Shown here in pieces: positions 13,216-24,714 of a stretch of 53,639 nt of DNA. Location: positions 51,272,544-51,326,182 of the forward strand of contig NC_068982.1 of the NCBI RefSeq assembly GCF_001194135.2. The letters are read 5' to 3'. The DNA is from Octopus bimaculoides (lineage: Eukaryota). The stretch's first letter is position 1. Each line of letters starts with the position of its first letter. Below the pieces are notes generated by a model. It made no database searches and was not told the origin of the DNA. It was given only the letters and a program-made list of their open reading frames with translations. The translations under genes and the position numbers were made by a program.

Positions 13216-13605
13216 AGGCGCAGGAGTGGCTGTGTGGTAAGTAGCTTGCTTACCAACCACATGGTTCCGGGTTCAGTCCCACTGCGTGACACTTTGGGCA
13301 AGTGTCTTCTACTATAGCCTCGGGCTGACCAATGCCTTGTGAGTGGATTTAGTAGACGGAAACTGAAAGAAGCCTGTCGTATATATGTATATATATATGT
13401 GTGTGTGTCTATGTTTGTCCCCCCAACATCGCTTGACAACCGATGCTGGTGTGTTTACGTCCCCGTAACTTAGCGGTTCGGCAAAAGAGACCGATAGAAT
13501 AAGTACTAGGCTTACAAAGAATAAGTCCTGGGGTCGATTTGCTCGACTAAAGGCGGTGCTCCAGCATGGCCGCAGTCAAATGACTGAAACAAGTAAAAAA
13601 GAGAG
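13216..13605 (+). mobile_element. tRNA-derived SINE, family A, with internal (TA)n/(TG)n
   Basis: Head aggcgcaggagtggctgtgtggtaag...gggttcagtccc (A/B-box-like) and A-rich tail. A second copy lies at 52283-52704 and a partial one near 6085-6190. Confidence 0.85.
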
Positions 13606-13720
13606 TAAGTGAGCATAGTAGAGCAATAATATGTGGTGTCCTTTAATTAAGAAATTGTGTTGGAAAAAATCAATATCTTTTCACTGAAATTTACAAAAAA
13701 TTGTAAATTTGTACTCTCAG

Positions 13721-13774
13721 GGACCCGCTGGACCTAAAGGAGTTAAAGGTGATGTAGGTGCAACAGGACCACGT
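13721..13774 (+). CDS. MACIT-type collagen, 54-nt Gly-X-Y exon (GPAGPKGVKGDVGATGPR)
   Basis: Acceptor actctcag, donor gtaagt, canonical 54-nt collagen exon, phase 0. Confidence 0.94.
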
Positions 13775-14753
13775 GTAAGTAACTTTTTTTATGCTCAACC
13801 AACTAATATTTATTGTGAATACTTTAAATTATTGTTTGGTTACTTACAGCATATATTATAACAATTTTGTATGCTCTTTCTTTATTACCTTTGTTTTAAC
13901 TCATGCTTGATTTACTTTAAATTATGGTGATCTTAGTTTAAATGAGAAAAGTGTATACTTTGTTGTATGCAGAGGATTCCATGCTGGTAGAATCAGTAAT
14001 AGAATGTCGGCAGCAATTTCAACAATAAAGATGTATTACTGAAGAGAAAAAAAAACCTCTTGTTCTATTTTGAAAGTCATTGAAGAGTAACTGGATGGGA
14101 TATTTCATGGGAATAACCAGCCTCATTATTAGCATTGGCAATTTTGTGGTCAATCTTTTCTCCAATTTAAAACATAAATATTAAGTAAAAAAAAATGTTG
14201 TTAGCTAACAAATCTCTACAATTATACTGAATCTTTGTTGAACTTTACCTAAAGTTATTGTGGTTGTAGGATTGAAATGCTAAACTATTGATCAAAATCT
14301 TGCTACAGCCAGTATGTTGAATTCCTTTCTAGACAAGATATGAAATTTTTGCTTGCTTGAACAACAAAAGGATATTTCAGTCTTCATGTTTGATGGTAAC
14401 AAGTGCATACAGCTATTAAATAATTGCTCTTATTCCAAGCAAACTAGTACTTAAACATGATGGAAAATTGTATTAAAAGTGAATAATGTTGAAACTAGCT
14501 TTGCACTAATAAATACCAATTGAGTAATTTAAAAAATTATGAAGAATAAAACTAAAATACAAAGAAAAAAACTTTATCAAATAATTATCTTCTTATTTCA
14601 TTTAAATTTGAAACATGAATTTTAAATTGTTCAATTGATATTGATAATGAAATAAAGAAAAGATTGATAATATGGAGAACTGTATTAATATCAAAACCTT
14701 TATGCATTAACCATTTCAAATAGTTTAACAATTTGGTGGAACTCTTGTTTCAG

Positions 14754-14807
14754 GGACCAAAAGGTAAAAGAGGCAGGCGTGGTGGAAAAGGAGAAAAAGG
14801 AGACCAG
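14754..14807 (+). CDS. MACIT-type collagen, 54-nt basic Gly-X-Y exon (GPKGKRGRRGGKGEKGDQ)
   Basis: Acceptor cttgtttcag, donor gttagt, phase 0. The basic run followed by GEKGDQ matches the end of the last collagenous domain of MACITs. Confidence 0.93.
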
Positions 14808-15359
14808 GTTAGTAGGTTCTATTTTATTAAATATTAATACTAGTAGGTTTATCTTGAAGCATAAATTACACTCAATGCATTCATTTAAACATATCATGCA
14901 CTTATGCACTTTTAAAGCTAACTTAAATTTTTTTCCCCTAAAATTTACAATATTGTACTAAAAACCTATTAGGCTTTGAGATTTATAATGTTTGTGTGTG
15001 GTACAAACGTTTTATTTTTGTTTTTATTTTCATCCCTTTTACCCACTTCATTCTAACTCTTTTATATTCTAAAATTTACCATAACTTGGTTGCTGGTACT
15101 ATATACTTAGTTTGATATAATAAATATAACAACTAAAAAGATTAAATATATATAAATAAAATATGTTCAGTGAATTTAAGCCATATGGTTTCATGGAATT
15201 TAACTCGCTAGTTTAGGATAAACTTATCTAATGTTTCAAGAATTAGCAATTAGTTTATTTAGAGTTTTATAGAAATAAGGGTTCCAACCAGGCTATGGTA
15301 TAAGGAGTATCTAAGTGATGGCTGCTTATTATACTGCCTACCAATAATCAATCCTACAG

Positions 15360-15443
15360 GGGATTCCTGGCTTAGATGCTCCATGTCCTGTTGGACCAGA
15401 TGGCTTACCTTTACCAGGTTGTGGGTCACATCATCCAGCACAG
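15360..15443 (+). CDS. MACIT collagen (XIII/XXIII/XXV, COL-99-like) C-terminal NC domain exon ([28 protein letters not shown])
   Basis: Acceptor atcctacag, donor gtaaac, 84 nt, phase 0. GLDAPCPxGxDGLPxxGC is the conserved MACIT C-terminus (from memory, human COL13A1 [21 protein letters not shown] and COL23A1 [21 protein letters not shown]). Confidence 0.93.
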
Positions 15444-15512
15444 GTAAACTGTTTTTGCATGTTTCTTGCATGGATGGTAGCAGCATGTGCATGTTTGTTG
15501 ATAGTCTTCCAG

Positions 15513-15558
15513 CATAGACATACTTGTCTATTTGGTCCTACTGGTCTGCCACGCCCTG
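15513..15558 (+). CDS. Candidate cassette exon with a second copy of the MACIT C-terminal motif ([16 protein letters not shown])
   Basis: Acceptor gtcttccag and donor ctg/gtaatg. It is in frame with the previous exon across a 69-nt intron, and C-x-x-G-P-x-G-L-P-x-P-G matches the upstream motif. Confidence 0.55.
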
Positions 15559-18159
15559 GTAATGGAACCTTCAAGTTTCAACATTCAGCTTACCATCAGC
15601 ATTTTCTAAATAGAAAATATATACATCAAACTTATTTTGTTAGACTGAAAATTATTTACTTAAACATTTCATAAGTCGCATAATACTTTTTAATTATAAT
15701 CATTATAGATATATTTAAAGAAATATAAGAAAAGATTTATTTCTTTGTTCTTATAAAAAATTATATGATATTGGATTAATATCTCATAATCAAATAAATT
15801 AAATAACTGTTTTTATTTTTACTTTTGTAATATCAGTAATATAACTGTATTTACTGAGCCTAAAAAAATCTAGATGACAATAAATATATTTCAACATTTA
15901 ATTTGCTATTTTTTCAATTCATTTTAAATAAATTTTTATTAGCATATAAGCATCACAATAACCTTTTTAACATAACATCAGTTTAATGATAGACTATTCC
16001 ATCTGTAAATGTAATATTTAAAAGCTTATTGACTATTTCAATTATAATAAAAGAATTTGTGTGCCATTTGTGCACATGTGTATAAAACAAATCAGATGTA
16101 ATTATTTTAAAGTGTCTATCTAGTAGTTTAAATAGATGGAGTTTTTAAATATTTATAAATATTTAGATTTGTCTTTTTCAAGCTACTAAACTTGTGCCTT
16201 TTGAATTTAATACAACTAATTTCAACAAAAATTAATTGTTAACAGCTTGATGTTAAATGTAAAATAAATTACTGTTATAAAATCTAGTAAACTCCATAAG
16301 GTAAGTACTAGCATGACTGTCTTCTCATACATAATCAAAATGCTATTCTTGCTGTAATCACATTACAAACACCTGAATCATTTGCACATGCATACATCTT
16401 GCATTTAAACACAAGTTTTTCAACCTAAATTCCCAGCACACTAAGCACGTTACTCTAAAAATTAGTTTCAGTGATATATTTGTTTCATTTATTGCTGTCA
16501 TGACTGGCAAGATTTTTCAGCATAGAATCAATTTTTATCAAAGTTAAGAAGTCAAATGAAAATAAAAACTACTCATCTATTAAAGTATATTCATTTCCTT
16601 TGCTAATAATTTCATAAAATTGTCCATTTCATATGATTACATTGATTTCAGGAATTTCTGTTTGGGTTTTAGCTTCCTGACTTACTTTATATCTAACTAC
16701 ATACTCTCAGAATTTGAAACAGGAAGAAATGTGGTGGTCATTGGATCAATTCCTAGTGTTTCATATAATTTTTTTTTTAAATGTATAGTTCTGTGGCAAA
16801 AGTATCTACTGATACTTATGTATTATGTGAAATATTTATTTATTTTATAAGAGGAACTTCATAGTTTTTCTTCTTGAATATTTTTTATTAACTTCTTAAT
16901 ATTTATTGCTTGTATTATTGAAGAGCATGAATTTCACCCCTAAAAATCTGAGGATTCGTCCTTATATTAGAAACAGTATACCGATATTAAAAAATGGCAT
17001 GTAAATTTTACTTATGCAACTTTCAAACTATGCTTAATTTTTTTTTTTTTTTAATGGTTTGTCTATTTTTCATATTAACATAAATAACTCTGTAAATTTA
17101 TTTGAATAAAGTGTTGCAGTATGAGTTTTGCTGCAGCAATTTAATATTCAAGTAGACCTGTCATAGCTATTTTCAGCTCAAGTGTCCTCAAACCTAAAAG
17201 CAAAACTAATTATCTAGTTCTTATGACGAGCATCTTTATCATTAACTTTTATATAGATCTATTATTATACTTTTGTAAGTTTGAAGTAACATAAAACCAA
17301 AATTTCATTTAAAAAAATATAATTGCTTTTATTTGTAATTTCTTGGTACCTGCTTTTAAAGATAAGTGTACTTCATTTTATTATCTTGTGTAAGCATATT
17401 TCTTAATGGATATTTGAGATAATTTTTTATTAATAAATAAATGTTATACCAATCAATAAGAAATCAGGTTTATTATTACTATAACTGAAGATGAGCAAGT
17501 TCAATCCAATACTGATGAACAGACTTTTGGTGTAAAGACTATGATATGCTAATGAGATATTATAAAGAGTAAAATAGTTGAAATCTTAGTTTGTCAACTT
17601 TATTAATAACAATATATGAATATTAGTTTTACGTTCATGATAGCTGGTTTGGCATAATTTTTGCAGCCTGGAGCAAATATTTTTACAGCCTAATAATTTT
17701 TACATCAACTGCACAACTGAAAATAAATAGTATGAACAATACATGTCATTTCTCTTTATATATAACTGATGATAATAGCGATGATTTCTTTCTTCATCAA
17801 AAAAGGCTATTCTTCATAACTCAAATAGTTATTGGTAACTGAATCAATTCTAGTACATAGTAATGTATGATATATTGATTTCTAATGAAGGTTTGAAGCT
17901 TCACACTTTAGTGGAAAGGAATAGCTGATGAGATCAACCCCACTCAAACTTATTTTACTGATCCTAAAAGGCTGAAAGCCAGTCAGCCATGGCAAAATTT
18001 GAATTCCGGACATAAAGAGATATAACTAAATACCATATGGCACTTTCTCCATCACCCTGGTTGTGCTAATCTACTGCCCACAGGGTACAATGTTAATTTT
18101 CATTGTTTTAATCAAAGTCCAGAGTGCTGATCATAACACAAGTCTCGCTATAACCTAAA

Positions 18160-18227
18160 TAGTAGTAGTAGTAGTAGTAGAAGTAGCAGCAGCAGTAGCA
18201 GTAGCAGCAGAGGTAATAGTAGTGGTG

Positions 18228-18259
<32 letters not shown>

Positions 18260-18275
18260 GATGGTGATGATGATA
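18160..18275. repeat. Compound trinucleotide microsatellite (TAG/CAG/TGG/TGA)
   Basis: Directly visible. It explains the poly-Leu ORF at 18148. Confidence 0.9.
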
Positions 18276-19640
18276 ATGGTTTCAAATTTTGGCACAAAGC
18301 CTGCAATTTCAAGGGGCAATGGTTAGTCAATTACATTGACTAGCATTTTATTTTATCAACCCCAAAAGGATGAACAGCAAAGTTGACCAAGCCAGAAGAA
18401 ATGCTGCTTAGCATTTTTCTGTTGTGCCTACAATTCTTCTAGCTCAACACCTTGATGATAAATGAGCATGACATTTCCTATTTATAAGAGAAAAGAAATG
18501 AAAAGTTATGACAACTTAAGTTGAAATATAAACAAAAAAAAAAAAAAACTTCAATGAATGAAAAAATATCCATTTAAATTACAATACTTAGTTTCCTTCA
18601 TAGTCTTTTGTGTACATAAAAAATAAAGTTATTTTTATTATCAACTCTATTATCTTTTATGTGCATGGAAAAATATATGTCTGAAAAGGACAACTGCCAA
18701 TAAATTTTCTGTATTTCTTAGGTCAGAGAAAAGACACTATCAAGATAATTTAGTGTACTTACAATGGTATCTGCAAAAGTTTTATATTTTGTGAAAAATA
18801 AGTGACTAGAAGAAATTCTGAAGTGAAGAATGAATTGCTGCATGTTGTGGTAAACACTCAGAAACATAAAAACAGGATCTGTATAGACAGCATGCAGAAT
18901 TACTCAAAGCCCCATTAATTGGACTAGAATTCTCTATACTTTGAGTAATAAGGAAGTATTTCCACAATAAAAGCTTTTAAATCCACAGTATATTACAAAT
19001 GCTTGATGTATTTGTTACTATCATTTTTAGTTCTTGCATCATGTTAAATTTATTTTACAAACCTTTTCACAAATAATTAATATCAAAACCCTATGAATTA
19101 GTTATCAGAATCTACTAATAATGATAATAATAATAAAGAGCAGGAGACAAGTTATAAATATAATCAAGTTTCATTCTTGTTTGCATAAAATATGCAAACA
19201 AGAATGAAACTTGATTACATTTATTATATCATAAACATTACCTTATTTGTATATATGAATATACATATATTGTCTACTCATCCAGTAAATAAAAAACTTT
19301 ATATAGCCTACAGACAAAAAAAAATTCATCCAAAACTCTGTTGTCACTTTATACTTATCCTTAATAAAAATGTTTCCATAATAGTAAAGTTTCAAGACTC
19401 CAGGTTCTGAAAAACCAAAACAGAAACCATTACCTTATCCATCTATTAGCCAGTTATTAAAAAGACCTTCAGAAAACTGCAATAAACAATGATTGATATT
19501 ATCTACGTATTCTATATTTATATTTAATTATACTGTATTATGATTATAGACATGTGCTGGAGTTAATAGTAACAAAAGTTTAAACATTTTTTTTTACAGT
19601 TTTTCATATATATGCTTGTGCTTCTTTTCATTCACTGCAG

Positions 19641-19802
19641 GTTTTTACCAGCTTAAATCCATCAATGACTGCTGAACCAACTAAAATGACTTCTTCTAGT
19701 TCCATAAATGAGGAGAAACTTAGTAATGGCCCTGTTTGTGTGTATTTCTTTATTTGGTTCGATGTCTTATGCAATATTCAACTCATAATACTTCTATCTT
19801 AA
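19641..19802 (+). CDS. Candidate terminal exon of the collagen: Ser/Thr-rich stalk, SNG and hydrophobic tail
   Basis: Strong acceptor cttcttttcattcactgcag. Phase 0 reads VFTSLNPSMTAEPTKMTSSSSINEEKLSNGPVCVYFFIWFDVLCNIQLIILLS*. A possible internal donor cct/gtttgt follows 19733. No transcript evidence. Confidence 0.5.
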   Translation, partial: VFTSLNPSMTAEPTKMTSSSSINEEKLSNGPVCVYFFIWFDVLCNIQLIILLS

Positions 19803-21590
19803 GTATAATGTATTGCATTCTTTAAGCTGTCTGTCTGAGTTTCTTATTGTTGATTTTTCTTCATTTTGTTTTCTTCTGGGTTACTATCTCACTTTTTTGT
19901 CTTTGCATATTTGTTTGAATTTTTTGCATTAAGAATTTCTGGAAACTTCTCTTCTGCTACTATCTTGTTAAAAATTCAGAAAAATATAAAGTTATGATAC
20001 AGACCATATGAAATAAAAGTAATTTTTTAGTAGAGTAAAATAATTTGTGTTAGATAGAAGTCAAGAATAAAACCTAATTTTAGTAACAATAGGAGTAACA
20101 AACACAATTTTGTTAAGTTTGACACACCTCTGTTGTCCAGTAATTTTGTTTCTTAATATTTTCAAATATTAAATTTAAAACTTCTCTAATTTAAAAACAT
20201 GAAAAGAATTTATGGCATAAAAATTTCCCAAAAATTTTTTTTACATTGTCACAAAGAATGTTTTTATTTCATATTTAACCACCAAAATAGAATAATTTGG
20301 CATATCTTAACTGGATATCTTCAATATAACACTTCAGAAAGAATTTAAAATTATCATACCATAATTAGTAAAATTAAATTTAAAATTTTCAATTTTACTC
20401 AAATATTTGTAAGTAAAATACAACACTATTACTATAGAAATGGGTAAATAGTTTTAATTATGCTTCTGCTGAATGTAACCCGAATGAAATTATTCTATAG
20501 ATCAAGAAAACTGGAAATTAATTGATATAGTACAATTATGTTATCATAATTTCCAGTAGTAAATTTTGTCTTTCTCTCTATAACATGGTTCTAAGTTTTT
20601 CCCACTGAGTGGTACTTTGAGCAAGTGTCTTCAGCCATTGCTTCAAGTTGGCAATGGAATTTAATAGATGTAAGTTATATGGAAGCTCATTGTATATACA
20701 AGTGTGCATTGGTATGTGTTTGTATCTTTTACTAATATATATCAGTGAAAGATATAAATATCACTAAAAGTCAGCGCACTCATCACTTTTGCTGTCAGAA
20801 ATGCAGTGAACCAGTAATTGCTATTCTTCACAAATAGTGATATCAAATAAATAAAAGTTCTTTCAAACATTTTGGCTCTAGATTAGTATCTTAAAAAAAT
20901 TCTACATTCTTCAAACTAATTGTTTTAAAAATCATAATTTTGATATTATTTGCTGTATATAGCCTTTAATATTATTTATTTGCCATCTTAGTTTAAATTG
21001 TGTTGTTTACATTTAATAAGTGTATTTTTCTGTATTTTCTCTTGAAAATTCCTATAGATGTTAAGGCTTCTTTTCTGTGCATGCTTTATATTTTCTCAAT
21101 ATTTTCTTTAATTCCTCATTGCATGTCTCTTTATCAAATGTTTAATTAGTTTAATACATACTCAGAACTTTGGAAACAACCAGTTTAACTGTTTAGAAAA
21201 GAAATTTTGGAATCACAAATGGTGGTTTTAAAAGCAGAATCCCAAAAGTTACAGATGATTTGAAAATTATTATATGCAAAGTGCTGTAAAGCACGAGATA
21301 AGCTCCCAAAATATAGTCTGTTAATACTCAATTCGTTGAAGGATACAATTTCAAGAATTTTTTTCCATATATGGTTTGGATGGAATAGCAAAATAATTTT
21401 CCTGTTCTTTGTAAGTTCCTGATTCACTCTGATGTCTTTCAATTAAAATTCCACTCTCTCAGTTTTCATACAACTGCTTTTTTATTGTCACTGATAGATA
21501 TATAGCCCACCACCAAGTGCAAAATATTGTTTGACTTCTGCAATGCAACAATGATAGCTTTTTTCTGTGCCAAACTCTTAAAAACACATA

Positions 21591-21658
<68 letters not shown>

Positions 21659-21959
21659 CTATCTATTTATCTATCTATCTATCTCCCTCTCAGTTCATCA
21701 TCTTAATTTTCTTCCAGCTGCTTGCCACACAACTGGAAACTTATTGTAATGCATCATATTTCCAAAAAGAACAAACTCTTAAGTCTTTCAAATTACAGAC
21801 TTCTTTCTTTCAAATCAAACATCTCAAAGATGTTGGAAAGGATTAATAAAATTTTCCAAATCAAATGGTTTTAAAGTAATCTTAGCATAAACAAAAGTTT
21901 TAGTTATCAGGAAAGAAGACAAGCCTTTACTGCTATGAATGAAGTGGCCATGCTCAAAA

Positions 21960-22640
21960 GTCAGTAGTTTAGAATGCCATAACTATAGAGACACGAGATG
22001 TACTGGGATCACAGATAGGCTGACAGAGAAGAAGGATTTCATATGTAGAAGATGGACAGGATTAATTATCAGTAAGAGCACTCATGATGCATTTTTTTCT
22101 TTCAAATACTTGAAGGGCTCCATAGAAACAGTTGATAGCTTCTGTTACCTTGGTGATTAGATTAACAATGGAGGAGGCTGTTTTGGAAGCATAATGTCTT
22201 GAATAATGACTGTGTGGAAAAATTCAGGAACTATTATTTCAGTTGGCAATATAGGGCTTCTCCACTGATTGACAGGCAGTTTGTGTGATGTTGTATCCAA
22301 AGTATGGCATTTGATGGTTGTGAAACATGGACATTGAACATGGAGGATGTGTAAAGGCTAGAAGTGAGCAGGCTCCGTTTGATATGTAATGTTACCGTCA
22401 AATGGATTTGAGAGAAAACAAGTTATAAGAAGCAGCAGAGGTAATATGTTAAAGAGAAGACTGAGCTAATACAAACAGGTGATGTGTATGGAGGATGACA
22501 AATGAGTAAAGAAGTGCCAAGTGACCCAAATTTTAAGAAACCTGCAAGAAAGAAAGATCAAGGAGGGCATGGAAAGGAATGGTGAAAGCTGATCTCATTT
22601 CTTTAAAACTTAAGAAAGAGATGATGGGAGTCTACAACAA
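21960..22640 (+). mobile_element. Degenerate RTE-clade LINE, post-RT ORF region
   Basis: CTGITDRLTEKKDFICRR...IETVDSFCYLGD, followed by degenerate WKKFREL-like and GCETWTL segments typical of RTE ORF C-termini. Many stops and frameshifts. Confidence 0.75.
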
Positions 22641-24665
22641 ATGAAGATATGCTTTACTAGAGAACATCCATCCACCCATTTGTTTCTGTACCAACTCTGT
22701 TTCCAACACCAATTCACACAAAAGTTTCATGTGAAAAGCTGTGTAATATTTACAGTTTTGAACATTAGAGCAGCACTTTTTGAGACCTGCATCAAGGGTG
22801 TGCTCTTATATTGCGCAACTAATCAGTACTGTGTTTTGCTTGTATCAAGAGGAAACAAAAAGTATAAATAATGCTAAAAATAAAATTGGATATTTTTTTT
22901 ACATCTGAAGAACTGCAATTTTCCTTCAGACTAAAAACCTAAGTTGAGTGCTGCATTGGAAATACCCCATCTTTCTACTCTGCTTGTTTTGTTTGACTTC
23001 AGCATATATCGAAACACCTAGTTTAGAATAGAGGCAGCTGATGAAGGAAAAGTTCTATAAGTGGCTCGTCTGTTTTCCTATGTGTTCATTCTGTTGTCTG
23101 TAAAAAAAGTCCGTTTTTTGTGCTTTATGTTCCCGTTCCTTTTTGACGTCCTGTACCCGAATATGCATCTATATATACATGTAGATGTAGGTATGTACAT
23201 ATATGTATGTATACATGCATATGTATGTATACATGCATATGCTCATATATCATTTGTATTATATATATATATATATATATATATAGCATGGAAAGCGGAC
23301 GTTAAGTGATGATGATGATATGCCTAAGGTCCTGGAAGAGTGGAAAGAAACCTGATCTGTTCTGGCATCATCTTTCAGTCATTTACCTCTTATTTCCAAA
23401 ATAAAGCTACCTTCCTTTCTACTGTAGCTCACTCAGTCAAAGATCTTGCTCTTGCAAGTTGCATGGTGATCTCACTAATGCAGGTACAGCAAACAAAATA
23501 CTTTGTACACCCTGTAAAAGAGTTGGCATCAGGAAGGACACTCAACCAAAGCCATGCCAAAACAGACATTGGAGTACACTGCAGTTCCCAGACCATTTAG
23601 ATCTTGTCAGACTATCCAGCCTATACTTGCATGGAAGTTGGATGTTAAATGAGAATAATAATGTATACATATAAGCTGTTTTAGCTTGTTATGCTATATG
23701 GGCAGAGCCTGAGGATTGTGTGAAGGCATCAGATGTGTTATAAAATGCTGAGTTGTTTTTCATCACATGAAACTAGTAATGGCTCATAAAAATATATACT
23801 GTGTGTATATTAAGTAATATACATACATACATACATACACCTGCCATGTATGTACGTGTGTTGTGTTTGTAAGTTTGTAAATATGCAAAAGCTATATGTT
23901 GCAAATAAGTTCCCACATTCTTTGCTCCCATTCTACTTTTTGTTTTGAAAACATCACTGAAATCTAGTGCTCTTTAATTCCTGTGTTTTCCCCTATGAAA
24001 CAAAAGTCTACTTCCTTTCTTTTCTACTATTACTTGATGAGTGTAGCTCTTCCGTGCCTAATCAAAAGATTGTCACATGCATATGTTTACTTGGATGTTG
24101 TTGTCCTTTGTGTTCTTAGTCCTTGTCTTTGTACATCCATCACCAGAGAAATAGTACCATGGAATTTAACATCTTTAGGCTTTAAACATGCTGAAACCAT
24201 GTTGATTTTAGTCTTCATTGCTAATGAGAGGATTTCCATGTTATGTCTTGTTAGCTGTATATTCAACAATTTCCTAATAAATCTTTTACACCTCACTTGC
24301 TACAATTTAATATTTTCCTGCCTTTTTGCAATAATTCAAACTTTGCAAAACAGGTTATTCCTTAAAGCTTGACTTCAAATACATACATAGTGTATTGAAT
24401 CTTTTTGCATATTCATACTTAAAACTAACTTCTGTTTACTTCATTGTTAACCTGCACATTAGCTCTGTAATTTTATTGTCCTTCTCATAATCTTATTTAC
24501 CACTATCATTGTTTGATATACTTTTTTATCTTGTGGTATTAGCATCATTCCCAACAGGTACTAAGAGTGAAATTTGAAAATTTGAAAATTTTTTCTCTAA
24601 TATCAAATGTGAAATTCTGTCTATACTGTGTCACTATTTAAATTAAATCCCATGGATTTAAAACA

Positions 24666-24714
<49 letters not shown>

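Noticed and set aside
13216-13290. SINE heads as tRNA genes (also 38680, 48882, 49879, 50804, 52283)
   Set aside because: A/B-box-like motifs are present, but I could not build a full cloverleaf, and each continues into a repeated SINE body with a tail or TSD.
23005-23060. GAAAC...CTGATGA as a type II hammerhead (similar boxes at 38055-38102)
   Set aside because: Stems I and II cannot be formed. At best these are decayed PLE-like termini.
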